DNA of 64,000 nucleotides from IMG/VR virus record IMGVR_UViG_3300009619_000001, positions 673 through 64,672 of that record; one strand, 5' to 3'. The translations under genes were made by a program, and so were the position numbers. This DNA is from a virus. Taxonomy: Duplodnaviria > Caudoviricetes. The notes under the pieces were generated by a model, which saw only the letters and a list, made by a program, of their open reading frames with translations, was not told where the DNA came from and did not search any database. This document shows positions 54,801 to 64,000 of this stretch, one piece after another. Each line of letters opens with the position of its first letter. Position 1 is the stretch's first letter.

Positions 54801-57800
54801 AATAGATATTAAAGTGTTGTCGTCAAACAATAGAGATATAGAAGAGTTAGTTAAACCACCCCCATTTAAGACTGTGTCAGCAGCTAAAAACATTTCTTGA
54901 GTCTTAGGGTCTAGTTTAGAAAAATCTTTCTTTATAAGCTCTATTTCAAAAGGCCTTGTAGCTTCGTTTATATAATCTCTATTTAAACTTAAATAATACT
55001 TGTCTGGAGCATCTTTAAATCCTTCTTGCTTTCTTATAACAACAGCATTTAAAAACTCATTGTTTTGCTCAGACGCTAAAGCTTCTCTCTGCATTCTATC
55101 AAGTTGAGCCATTGTAGCGTCAACATTAATACTTCCAGTCTTAGAGCTTGTTGCGTGCTTACCTAACGCTTGAGAAACCTTTGGTGAAAAATTAGTAATA
55201 ATATTAAGAATATAATCATTTATTATTTTTGCTTGATCACCCTTAATAGATTTAAACAAATCATTACCTCCAGTCATACTCTTAATTAAATCAAATGTTT
55301 TGTCAGCGTGAGTAGTTCCGCTAATTTGATTTTTAGAGTAAATATCTATAGTAGTTTTTAGTCTATTATTAAATGATTTAATTATTGGATTATTACTCAA
55401 AGCTTTTAAAGCTGTATCTCCACTTATTGACGATTCACCACTTAAAAGGTTGTCAATATCCTCACTCATTTCTCTAGCTTCTTGAGCATTAGAAGGAACA
55501 GTTTTGTGCTGACCTAACAAGTTGTTTAGCTTATAAACGTCTTGACCTACTCCATCTAATTTGTGTAATAATTTTATAATAGAAATTTCATTATCCATTG
55601 CTCTTATATCTCCATCAACAATAAGGTCTGTATTTATGTCTATTGGAGATTCAGGATTTGTATTTAAATCTTTAACTACAGATTCAGCCATATCCTCACC
55701 TATAAGCTCTTTTAATGCTGACTCAGCAGCACTTGTATAAGAAAAGTTTCTATCTCTTAAAGCTTTTTTACCAGCGTGTTTAGCGTACAACTTAGCAGCT
55801 TTAGAGTTTAATATTAAATCTACTTGCGAAGCATTAAAACCAATTCTAGGTAGTATTGATCCAGCTACAATAGTTGCAGGATTTAAACCTAAAGTTGTTG
55901 CTTGCTGATTTTTAGCGTTATCTAAAACAATCTGTAAAGTTTTAGCTCCTTGGAACGCTAAAGAGTTTTGAGAATAATTCCCAGACCAGTCATTGTTAAA
56001 CGATCTTTTAGCAACTCCGTTAATACTTATTGAGAATCCTAAACCAACTCCATATCTAGATAGATAAGACATACCGTTGTTTAATGCAGCAACATTACCA
56101 ACCATACCAGATCCACTAACATTTTCTTCAAAATATTCAGCTGCACCTACAGGGCTATTTTGATTAGACCTTTGTGTGGTACTAGGAAATCTTTTTTCTA
56201 CAGCAGCTTTTCTTGCTTCTATCTCATCATTAATTTCTAAGTCAGCAGTAATTTCTTCAAACTTATTTTCTTTTTGGTAAAATCTAATTGTTTTATCTAT
56301 GTACTCATTAACCTTTAATTCAGCACTAGTCTTAGGAGACTCGTTTTTAAAGTTCATAAAAATAGAATCACCATCATGATCAGAACCTAAAACTCCGTTT
56401 ACCGCAGTAGGAATCTGAATAGAATTGTTTTGGAATTTGCCAGACTTACTTTTAACTTCAGTTTGGAAAGCTTTAATCTCCATTACAACTCTAGATTGAT
56501 TACCGTGCGCAGGAATACGAGAGCCAATAAATTCTTCACCAAGAATTACAAATGTTCCGTCTTCTAGTCTAGCAATCTTAGACGACAAAAAGTCTTTAGC
56601 TTCTAATTCAGAGCCAAACGATCTATCTAATCCTACAATTTTTGCTGGACTAATATTACCAACTTTAGAAGATGCTATTACAGGCTTTTTAACTAACGTA
56701 CTGCTTATGTAGTTGTCAATAGCTTCTTTAGTATTAAAAGATTTACCGTTAGCATCTTTATCTATTCTAGCTAAGTACTTACCTTTAAACGATGCAGGAA
56801 CAACAGCTTCTGCTGGTAAAGTAACACTTCTACTTTCACCTTGAGCATTGTATTTAACACCTTTAGTATAAGCCTTTAAGTTTTTACCAACTCCTGTAGC
56901 TTGAATAGCTATATTACCGTTAGTAACAATCTTAGCAGACTTCTTTATTAAAGACTTTATTGCATCAGCAAAGTATTTGTGTAGCCCAGGTAGGTTTTGA
57001 CTAATCTTGTCATTAGCAGCCGCTAGCAATTTAGCAGCACCATTAGACGTAGATGTTATAGCGTTATTACCTACAACTCTACCAAGCATTTGTTTAACCT
57101 TTAATCTAGACTCTACTGTACTTTCTTTTTGGTCAGCAATCATTGCACCAACAGCTCCTTGTAAATTGTCTTCAAACACTTCAGCTTCTAACGCCTGTAT
57201 TTGATCCATCTCTTCAGATTGCTCTTCAGTTAAATCATTATTGTTTGCACCAACAAGTTGTGTAGGGTAAGTTGTTTTAGTCTTACCATTATCCATAGGT
57301 AATTGTATACCCATGTTTGCTCCGTCAATACCAACAAGTTTATTACCAACAACGTAAGCAGCATCAAGATCCTTCTGAGCTTGAGAGTCTTCTCCAAATT
57401 CAGTATCGTGATCTATAGAAGATTCTGTTCCGTGTACGTTAGGAAACTTTTTAGCACCACTCTTAAATACAGCTAAATTTAAAGATTCACCATATCCGTT
57501 CTTATTTCTTCTTGCTCTTAGTTTGTCTGCAATGTTTTGTAAAACTTCAGAGTCTCCAATCATCTCAGGAGTAAGAACGTGTACAGCAGTTTTTAAGTAT
57601 ATATCATTTTCATTTAAACCTTGATTACCAGCTTCTCCTCTTTTGTCAGAACCGTAATAAACAAATTTAAATAAATGCCCCATTCTAGATCCCACTTTGT
57701 TTTGTACAAAATTAAGATCTTCAGGTAAAATAAAACTAGCAGCATCTGTTGACTCAATACCGTCAACTTCTATATCGTTAAATATAATAGGCTCTATTGC

Positions 57801-60800
57801 AACACCTCTTAACGATCCATCGTGTCTAGCAATTGCACCAGTTGCTCTTTTTATGTAGTCAGACTCAGTTTTAGCTTCTTGATGAGATCCAATAAACAAC
57901 TCTTGTGCATACACACTATTTAAAGCAAAGTTAAATACATAGTCTGAAATTATTTCTTCTCCAGCCTTAGTAATAACAACTTCGTCACCTTTTATTTCAG
58001 CTACTTTAGATAGAACAGGATTATCTTCTAAAACTCCTGGGTTTTCAGAAATCATTTTTTTAACCTTGTCTATTTCTTCATTTAGCCTTGCAAGACCTAA
58101 AACAGGAACTGCTTCGCCTTTCTTTACAAGCTTATCTATTTCTTTAGCTATTTCAGCTCTTGTAGCATCTTGTCCAATTCTACTTAAAATTTGTGACTCT
58201 ATAGCAGATTGATTGTAAACTACTCTATCTAAACCTCTAGCTTTTAATTCTTTTTCAGCAGCAGCTCTTTGCTTGTCTGTAGTAATCATAGGCATCTGAA
58301 TAGAGTACCTTCGCTTAGAGTTAGAGAATATAGATATAGGCTGAGTGTAGTAACTTCTACTACCTTCAGGTTTTCCACCATCATGTGCGTTAATAAACTT
58401 TTCTAAATCACCAAAGAAAATATCTTCTTTAGTTTTGTTTTGAAAAGAAACAGTTTTACTTTTTACACCAGCAAAAGAAACAGTACCACCATCAATAGTT
58501 AGTTTAAACGCTTCTTGCTCTAGTCCTTGAGCACCTAAAGCTACTACCATTTTTATTAATGGATTGCCAGGGTATTCTTTTAAAAGACTTTCTCTTCCTT
58601 CTGCAGTTTTAGCTTGATCAGTAATGTATTGAGCTTGATTTAATAAATGACTATTATTATTAACAACAGCAGTAGACATTCCCTCTACATTGCTTACTGT
58701 TTTTATAGCATTTTTAGATCTAGAACCAACAACCATTCCTTCTACTAAGTTTTTAAACTCAGTACTTGTAACTGATATTTTTCCTTTTGGAAAATAAGTG
58801 TTAAATGTTTTGCTTTGAATCCAAGACTCAACTAATGCTGGTAAACCTAACTGTCTATTACCAACAGAAACTCTAATATTAGATAACACATCCATGTTTA
58901 GATACTGAGATCTATCAGACATATACAATATAGGAACCATTATTTTTAATGCTTCAGGCATTGTAAGGTTTTGTCCTTTAGCAAGTTTGTCTTTTGCAGC
59001 TTGTATTCTTTTAGCTACATCCTTACGAACAGTAGCGTCTTTAGACTTAAAGAATACTTTATTAGCAGAGTTTACAATTCCATTTATTTTACGTCTTTCA
59101 CTGCTAGCTATAGCTTCTGACTCAGAAATGTTACCATTGCTTTTAATTGCTGTAATAGAAATGTTTTCTTGAAACTTGTTTTTATAGTTGTTATGAAACT
59201 CCCTAAGAATTGTAAGCCTTTCTCCTGGCTCAGTATTTTCTTTTAGTATTTCATTTAGCTTAGAAACGTGTGAGTTACCAGAAGCATCAATAGCTTTTAT
59301 AAAACCTAACACATTATCTCTATGTGCAAAAGCTAAATTATGTATTTCAGACTCTAACCTAGAAAGCGTAAATTGTTTATTCTTACCAACTGGGTTAGCA
59401 ATCATCAATACAGCTTTCATTAAGTGAGAAGACGAATTATCTAAAGCTAATTGCTTTTGATAGTCGTCAGACATTACATTTACATCTTGCTCGCCAAGAC
59501 CTTCTTGATACTCATCTGATATTTCGTCAGAAAAATTATCTTCATTAATAGTGTCTCCATTTTGATCTTGTGATCCAACATTGTATCCAGCAGATTTATA
59601 TATTCTTTCTACTCCTGGAATTTTTGTAGAATCAGGATTTAAATCTAATCCGTGACGAACTCTATTCATCATTACAGAGTATATATACTCAGCCTCTTCT
59701 CTAACTTGAGCTTCTACAGATTTATCTTTTATATTCTCCATTGCTGCGTCAGCGATAGAGTTTATATTAGTATCTCTAGTTGCATTCTTGCTAGGATCTT
59801 CTTCTTGCTCAAATAGCTTGTTAGCTTCCTCTTCTACAACAGCACTTAATTCTTTAGATAGTAAACCGTACTTCATGTACTTAGCTTTACCAGTCTTAAA
59901 CTTAGCACCATCAACACCGCTAGCTATATCGTCAATAATTGTATTACCTATTTCTTCTAAAGATAGGTTTTCAAACTTACGATCTACATTGCTAAGTATT
60001 TCTTTAGCGTCTTTAGGTGTTATAAGTTTAGAAATTCTTCCTTTTAGTCTTTTTATAAATCCTTCGTATTGAACTACGTCAGGCCCTTTATCAAATAACA
60101 CATTTAACTTACTAGCCATTTGTGGTGCTAAAGACGTAACAAACGCTTCCTCAATTATATTGTCTTGCTGATTGTCAGGTAACAAACTAATAACTTTATC
60201 TTCAACAAGTGTATTCATAAACTCATCAAAAATAGTCTTAGTAGTTTCTGTGTCGCCTAAGTCATGAGCAACTAACATAGCGTTAATCTTTTCTTGCAAC
60301 TCTTCAGGTAAAGATTCTTTTTGTGCTATAAAGTTTTGTATAATTTCATTACCTGTCAACACTTGAGTCTCTCCGTTTGCGTCTGGAGTAGAGTAAAGTA
60401 ATTCTTCAGAGTAAGAGTCTTTAATATCTCTAAATACTTTAGACTTTATAATTTTAGATACCCCTCTAATAAACGATGGGTTATCCTTCATCATTTGATA
60501 ATAAACGTGACCGTACTCGTGCATAATCTGCATACCTACCTCAGATCCTGAAGTAACGTGTACAGCAGAACCTAAAGCCATACCAGCAACTAAACCACCA
60601 TGCTCGTCAATAACTTCTCTTAGTATAAGTAATTGCTTGTTAGGAAATTTTCTAGCTGCAGCAGCTACAATAGTAGATTCTAATGCTGGATTTAAAGATG
60701 AGTAATATTGTAAAACGCTTGGCTTTGTAGAGTCTACAACACCATCTGCAGTTTTCATTTTTTTACTACCACCAGGTATAGTTCCAAATCCTTCCTTAAA

Positions 60801-63560
60801 TAGGTTTTGAACTGACTTTGCCATCTTAGACTTAGATGCTTTAGAAACCTTCTTAGAGAGCTTCTTAGCTATCTTGTCGGCAGCAGACTTAACCCTTTGC
60901 GCATAAGTTATATCTGAGTCTTCTTTAACTTCTGGTTCAGGCTTTTTATCGCTTGACTGTGCTTCCTTCTGCTCAGTTTCTTCTGCGCTTCCTGTATCTT
61001 CTTCTGTTGTCGTGTCTTCATCTTCTACAATTTCTGTATCTTCTTCAGTTGTTGTATCTTCTTCTGTTGTCGTTTCAGTATCAGACTCTACATCTTCTTG
61101 TGTAGCACCTGTAACCGTGTTAATATATAGGCTAAGATCTTCATCGGAAATATTTTCAGAATCTATTTTAGACTTAATAATATTTGCAATTTCTTCTGTA
61201 GTCTTACCTTCTTTTTGCAACTCTTGTATTTCAGCGTCAAAAGGTCGCATAGCTTTTCTAAACTCTTGCCTTTTCTTAACGTCTGCAAATTTTTGTTTTA
61301 CAAAATCAACAGCTCTACCAGTAAATGATTTAGCTTTAGAAAATATACTTTTACCAGCTTCTTCAGCTTCTTTAGCGCCTTCTTCAACTTTTTCAGAAAC
61401 CTTATCAACTTTAGACTCTGCTTCTTGCTTTTGTCTTTCAGCCTTTTCTACCTCACCTTCTTTCGTAAATTGCTCATACTCTTCCTGAGTTAAACCCTCT
61501 ACAGCTTCGTTAGCTTCTTGAATCTCGTAAGAATCTTCTTTAATTCTTTCTTCTAAAGCAGCTTTTTCTACAGATAAGTCTGCCTTTTCTGGCTCACTCA
61601 TTGCAGAATACTCTTCACTTTGCTCAAAAGATTTTATATCATTTAATCTTTTTGAATCAATAGACTTTGCAGATGCAGTATATTTCTTTGCAGATAAAAG
61701 TTTTGCTACAGCAGTTTTACCTTCTGCAATAGAGTTTTCTAAAGCAGCAACATTTGTGCTATGATCGTTTTCAATCTTAGCAAGTTCATTTGTAAGAGCT
61801 TCACCTTCTAAGTTTTCATTTGCTTCAGCAATTGATCTCTCTTTTAAAACATTTAAATTTTCTAAAGACTTTTTAGACTGATACTCTTTAACTTTAATGT
61901 TAAATAAAGTCATTTGACCAGCCTCAGTAAGTTTTTCTTTAAACGGTAAAGTAGATGCTATCTTAGAGTATTCTAAAATAGTATTGTCATATTCAGCTCT
62001 TTCTTCGGCAGATATTTTATCAGCCTTTTGCAGCTTGTCAAGCATCCCATTAAGACCATCAATTTGATCTTCACGAATAGCAGCTTGTATAATCTCATTT
62101 GTTCTTACCTTCTTTTGAGCATCACTCATGTTTTCATACATGTTGATGTCATTGTCAATAGAGACTCTTTTGTTAGTTATACGTCTACCGTTTTCAGCAA
62201 CGCTATTCATAAATCCTCCACGACCCCCCATAAGGAAACCAGCAGCAAAAGAAACCCCTAATGTTTTTCTGTTTTCTTTAGATGTTAAGAAGTCAGTATA
62301 TTCAACAAATTCTTTACCTTGAACTTCTGCAAGGTTTTTTTGTTGTATCCACTCTTCGTATGTTTCTTGGAACATCTCTTCAGTACCTTCAAACGTACCA
62401 GTAGTTGTTCCTCTTCTAGCGTGTTGCATTAATCTCTGACCAAAATTCTTTTGAATTTGTTTTGCAGATTCTGCTCCACCTCTTAGTTTATTAAATTGCT
62501 TAAAAGCTTTACCAGACAAACCACCAAATTGAATACCCCACGAAAGACCGTTTAAAGCAAACCACTTTGAGTTGTCAACAAATGTTCCGTGCGCAGCTTC
62601 TTGAGCTTGATCTTCTGATAGACCCATGCCTAAAGCTTTATTGTAAACATCACCAGCAAGACCAGCTCCAATTACAGCAGTAGTTGCAGTACCAGCACCT
62701 AAAAATGATGCAACACCAGAACCCATAGCACTAAGACCAATTACTCCATCTTTTGTTGTAGCTAAAGCTCCTAACAATCCTTCCCCACCCAATGCAGCGT
62801 CTGCACCAGCAACACCTTTAGAAGCGCCCTTCTTTAATGCTTGAGATGTTTTTTGAGTATCTAAAGTTTTAACTAATCTTTTTGCAGATCCAAAAGCTCC
62901 TTTTTTAGCAGCAGTTCTAGCTCCTGCTTTCATTAATCCTGTAGCTACGTTTACACCAGCTTTACCAGGGATAATCATAGAAGCCATGTAAGGAAGAGTC
63001 TTAGCTACATCTGTAGCCCAAAACTCTATCTTAAACATATCGTCTAAAGTAAACTCGTCTAATCCTGGAGATTGGTGAACCTCACCCCACTTCTGTAGTG
63101 ATTCACCCCATTTATGAAAAGAAGGCAACCTTTCTGTCACCTTTAAAAATGTATCTGATTTTCTAAGCTCGTCAGGCAATATAGTCATAGCAGCATAGTC
63201 AATCATATTACCTATGTCGCTAACAACAATACCAGTACCAGCTACTAAACTTTTACCAGCCTTTTCTAAATTGCCTTCAAAGATAAGTTCAGGATCTATT
63301 CCTGATTCAGTTACTGCTTGTCTATCTCTTTCAGCTATACCAGCAATACCTGGCCTTAACTCTTTTTGTCTGTCTTCAAGCGCAAAGTCTCTAGCCATTG
63401 TAGAGACATCTTCTTGAGAAATCATTTGCTCTTGAGGAGCTTGTTCAGTTAATTCTTCTTGTGTACCGTAATCGCTAGCATAGTCTAATAAGTTGGCTTT
63501 ACCTTCTGTACCACCTTCATTGCTACTGTATTCGCTAGCAAGATCGCTTAAATCTGCCAT
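51810..63560 (-). CDS. Giant virion polyprotein containing crAss-type two-barrel RNA polymerase and a zincin-like HExxH motif
   Basis: 3916 aa; GSRIPAHGNQS and GSDHDGD (nt 56367-56381), equivalent to the RIP...S and DxDxD motifs of crAss vRNAP; HEYGH at nt 60507-60521; Gly/Ala hydrophobic N-terminal segments. Confidence 0.85.
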   Translation of the reverse strand: MADLSDLASEYSSNEGGTEGKANLLDYASDYGTQEELTEQAPQEQMISQEDVSTMARDFALEDRQKELRPGIAGIAERDRQAVTESGIDPELIFEGNLEKAGKSLVAGTGIVVSDIGNMIDYAAMTILPDELRKSDTFLKVTERLPSFHKWGESLQKWGEVHQSPGLDEFTLDDMFKIEFWATDVAKTLPYMASMIIPGKAGVNVATGLMKAGARTAAKKGAFGSAKRLVKTLDTQKTSQALKKGASKGVAGADAALGGEGLLGALATTKDGVIGLSAMGSGVASFLGAGTATTAVIGAGLAGDVYNKALGMGLSEDQAQEAAHGTFVDNSKWFALNGLSWGIQFGGLSGKAFKQFNKLRGGAESAKQIQKNFGQRLMQHARRGTTTGTFEGTEEMFQETYEEWIQQKNLAEVQGKEFVEYTDFLTSKENRKTLGVSFAAGFLMGGRGGFMNSVAENGRRITNKRVSIDNDINMYENMSDAQKKVRTNEIIQAAIREDQIDGLNGMLDKLQKADKISAEERAEYDNTILEYSKIASTLPFKEKLTEAGQMTLFNIKVKEYQSKKSLENLNVLKERSIAEANENLEGEALTNELAKIENDHSTNVAALENSIAEGKTAVAKLLSAKKYTASAKSIDSKRLNDIKSFEQSEEYSAMSEPEKADLSVEKAALEERIKEDSYEIQEANEAVEGLTQEEYEQFTKEGEVEKAERQKQEAESKVDKVSEKVEEGAKEAEEAGKSIFSKAKSFTGRAVDFVKQKFADVKKRQEFRKAMRPFDAEIQELQKEGKTTEEIANIIKSKIDSENISDEDLSLYINTVTGATQEDVESDTETTTEEDTTTEEDTEIVEDEDTTTEEDTGSAEETEQKEAQSSDKKPEPEVKEDSDITYAQRVKSAADKIAKKLSKKVSKASKSKMAKSVQNLFKEGFGTIPGGSKKMKTADGVVDSTKPSVLQYYSSLNPALESTIVAAAARKFPNKQLLILREVIDEHGGLVAGMALGSAVHVTSGSEVGMQIMHEYGHVYYQMMKDNPSFIRGVSKIIKSKVFRDIKDSYSEELLYSTPDANGETQVLTGNEIIQNFIAQKESLPEELQEKINAMLVAHDLGDTETTKTIFDEFMNTLVEDKVISLLPDNQQDNIIEEAFVTSLAPQMASKLNVLFDKGPDVVQYEGFIKRLKGRISKLITPKDAKEILSNVDRKFENLSLEEIGNTIIDDIASGVDGAKFKTGKAKYMKYGLLSKELSAVVEEEANKLFEQEEDPSKNATRDTNINSIADAAMENIKDKSVEAQVREEAEYIYSVMMNRVRHGLDLNPDSTKIPGVERIYKSAGYNVGSQDQNGDTINEDNFSDEISDEYQEGLGEQDVNVMSDDYQKQLALDNSSSHLMKAVLMIANPVGKNKQFTLSRLESEIHNLAFAHRDNVLGFIKAIDASGNSHVSKLNEILKENTEPGERLTILREFHNNYKNKFQENISITAIKSNGNISESEAIASSERRKINGIVNSANKVFFKSKDATVRKDVAKRIQAAKDKLAKGQNLTMPEALKIMVPILYMSDRSQYLNMDVLSNIRVSVGNRQLGLPALVESWIQSKTFNTYFPKGKISVTSTEFKNLVEGMVVGSRSKNAIKTVSNVEGMSTAVVNNNSHLLNQAQYITDQAKTAEGRESLLKEYPGNPLIKMVVALGAQGLEQEAFKLTIDGGTVSFAGVKSKTVSFQNKTKEDIFFGDLEKFINAHDGGKPEGSRSYYTQPISIFSNSKRRYSIQMPMITTDKQRAAAEKELKARGLDRVVYNQSAIESQILSRIGQDATRAEIAKEIDKLVKKGEAVPVLGLARLNEEIDKVKKMISENPGVLEDNPVLSKVAEIKGDEVVITKAGEEIISDYVFNFALNSVYAQELFIGSHQEAKTESDYIKRATGAIARHDGSLRGVAIEPIIFNDIEVDGIESTDAASFILPEDLNFVQNKVGSRMGHLFKFVYYGSDKRGEAGNQGLNENDIYLKTAVHVLTPEMIGDSEVLQNIADKLRARRNKNGYGESLNLAVFKSGAKKFPNVHGTESSIDHDTEFGEDSQAQKDLDAAYVVGNKLVGIDGANMGIQLPMDNGKTKTTYPTQLVGANNNDLTEEQSEEMDQIQALEAEVFEDNLQGAVGAMIADQKESTVESRLKVKQMLGRVVGNNAITSTSNGAAKLLAAANDKISQNLPGLHKYFADAIKSLIKKSAKIVTNGNIAIQATGVGKNLKAYTKGVKYNAQGESRSVTLPAEAVVPASFKGKYLARIDKDANGKSFNTKEAIDNYISSTLVKKPVIASSKVGNISPAKIVGLDRSFGSELEAKDFLSSKIARLEDGTFVILGEEFIGSRIPAHGNQSRVVMEIKAFQTEVKSKSGKFQNNSIQIPTAVNGVLGSDHDGDSIFMNFKNESPKTSAELKVNEYIDKTIRFYQKENKFEEITADLEINDEIEARKAAVEKRFPSTTQRSNQNSPVGAAEYFEENVSGSGMVGNVAALNNGMSYLSRYGVGLGFSISINGVAKRSFNNDWSGNYSQNSLAFQGAKTLQIVLDNAKNQQATTLGLNPATIVAGSILPRIGFNASQVDLILNSKAAKLYAKHAGKKALRDRNFSYTSAAESALKELIGEDMAESVVKDLNTNPESPIDINTDLIVDGDIRAMDNEISIIKLLHKLDGVGQDVYKLNNLLGQHKTVPSNAQEAREMSEDIDNLLSGESSISGDTALKALSNNPIIKSFNNRLKTTIDIYSKNQISGTTHADKTFDLIKSMTGGNDLFKSIKGDQAKIINDYILNIITNFSPKVSQALGKHATSSKTGSINVDATMAQLDRMQREALASEQNNEFLNAVVIRKQEGFKDAPDKYYLSLNRDYINEATRPFEIELIKKDFSKLDPKTQEMFLAADTVLNGGGLTNSSISLLFDDNTLISISKSIDSKHQEILKGIDGSIADAELVADTIIVENSDLVQTAERFYVKDGKKVARNKSLRRINGSSENVKLVKVTADIQKSALRTNSPHYVKIQDGETSMVYKWIPAPASKFDPKNWESTSKKHGKYKLIGTSQKGAPTRISNLKKAQRASQARTALIDGIKKNPVISKSSKMKLNTTKSGSGQRFSEKYSPFTFQEYLEDKGYTDKEVEGNPTLKESLEKLYKQYRVNFNLAQEFDRSIVQTGKLKTLSEDRLTDYALLFQKLDPSAISKAHSDTVIEIARRASESQKASRNGIEWTDKGDISWLHAWFGSNNIAGHRPEIQKLVRTMEKEYGKFMDENIKFQKELDRLNKNLIRDNIGEGNKFVELISKASIWFSGGGNKKMNDLLYGNMYDVVETNIGGNKVSEMKLKSMSDFLKTKPNKSEIEFYNFFKATTSKYGDITSKALGERVKEGYIPHMKMGLAGSIKQRGLFGLYDYMLQGTGDINHVRVKGVNPMTGKSEILPFHQWKYLYYTSKGAKGGFKKLFDSQQYKSAAKLDVIRKRAEKLAKSGKHEDGKAISMTEQEVHGTMGTNLMSRFTKSRGVSTAMFGSNDLAMALSQYVNTSLFTYGNENFKGFKSMIPLLDGVIEYNKKKGNKNAVTYLENVWKRGFYTFKDSQFGLGRLGDNALHQLVKLTRIRYLSLGFSGGFGNLMIGKYNEFRSKGGKNFARGEARYWGQRKKAWAIIKNNLNPERFAYDLIKGNDSSGIDTIMMSPYIGSEHYIQGSGFVSQFTEEEWSRIGEDGIIPEDLQDKADLYVDNVTRQQGYGYSKVDQIGIATYSWGKALMQFKKWMPTSIAERFSKETIDRFGEMRSGSNREAFSLGADFARQLMAGEESVADFRKRFKALPEHKKEAVKTFFRGMQVVSALTALSMMFGDSDDDELRSLAKLASDTRDDIMFMTDPRRIKYAAEPASWGIVESGATMAVGMATMDRQKFRGGLTGISWTAAQVLDRTDN
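60993..61073. repeat. 21-bp direct repeat encoding an acidic linker (TTTEEDT)
   Basis: tgtatcttcttctgttgtcgt at 60993-61013 and 61053-61073. Confidence 0.8.
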
Positions 63561-63573
63561 TGTCTATCTTTTA

Positions 63574-64000
63574 TTAATTATAAGTATCCCAAATCTCTGC
63601 TAATTTAAGGATTTCACCCTTATCGCCAAGACCATCGAACATTTTATTCATTACATCAAATATTGTTTCTGGGTTGTTAGTTGCAATTGCTTTTTGAAAC
63701 TCTTTACCTTTAGGGCTTCTGTCTTTAAGTAAATTATTCATTGCATCTAAATATCTTTGAGAGGTAACCCTAAAGTCTCCACCTTGATTTTTAGCGGCAG
63801 AAGATGCTAGTGAATATATAATACCTTTTGAATTATTATCAAAATCAGTATTTTTATAAACTTCACCTAATATGTAGTCAACACCATCCATATCAAAATC
63901 AGTATCTTTATAAAAAGCATTACCTTCTTTTTGCTGATATTTTCTAATTTGATTTAAATAAGCTTCGTTTTCAGCTGTCTTTTTCTCTAAAGACTTTTCA
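63574..64000 (-). CDS. C-terminal part of a cargo-like protein (partial, starts beyond right edge)
   Basis: Frame is open from 63891 to the window edge (EKSLEKKTAENEAYLNQIRKYQQKEG...), so the listed ATG is probably internal. Confidence 0.7.
   Translation of the reverse strand, partial: EKSLEKKTAENEAYLNQIRKYQQKEGNAFYKDTDFDMDGVDYILGEVYKNTDFDNNSKGIIYSLASSAAKNQGGDFRVTSQRYLDAMNNLLKDRSPKGKEFQKAIATNNPETIFDVMNKMFDGLGDKGEILKLAEIWDTYN

Noticed and set aside
3460-63417. Numerous short antisense ORFs overlapping long genes (e.g. 11576, 37658, 51991, 61012)
   Set aside because: They lie opposite well-supported genes and show Ser/Leu-rich compositions typical of antisense shadows.
1-64000. Stop-codon reassignment (TAG or TGA), known in some crAss-like phages
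   Set aside because: Very long ORFs are open in the standard code, TAG and TGA end genes cleanly (e.g. 18545, 18709, 28065, 28934), and there is no suppressor tRNA.
1-64000. CRISPR array or IS element
   Set aside because: No regularly spaced direct repeats, transposase or terminal inverted repeats were seen on reading the sequence.

Overview
This window is most or nearly all of a crAss-like (Crassvirales-type architecture) podophage genome, probably infecting a Bacteroidota/Flavobacteriia host. The host call rests on TAnnTTTG promoters, a DUF3127 SSB and the absence of obvious Shine-Dalgarno motifs before the starts I inspected. There are three blocks. (1) 1-17205, minus strand: terminase, portal, scaffold, major capsid, tail ring, muzzle and ejected cargo genes, headed by an atypical tRNA-like RNA. 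(2) 17356-33437, plus strand: many small early genes interspersed with structured non-coding segments, then a compact recombination/replication module (annealing protein, SSB, RusA-like resolvase, lambdoid-type initiator, SF4 helicase, ExoVIII-like nuclease) with no recognisable DNA polymerase, primase or ribonucleotide reductase. (3) 33464-64000, minus strand: lysis cassette, three adaptor-plus-fibre cassettes and a 3916-aa virion polyprotein with a zincin HExxH motif and a two-barrel RNA polymerase carrying a variant DHDGD catalytic motif. Both window edges fall inside cargo-like ORFs on the same strand, suggesting a circularly permuted genome only slightly longer than the window. All family assignments come from motif recognition by eye, not database searches.
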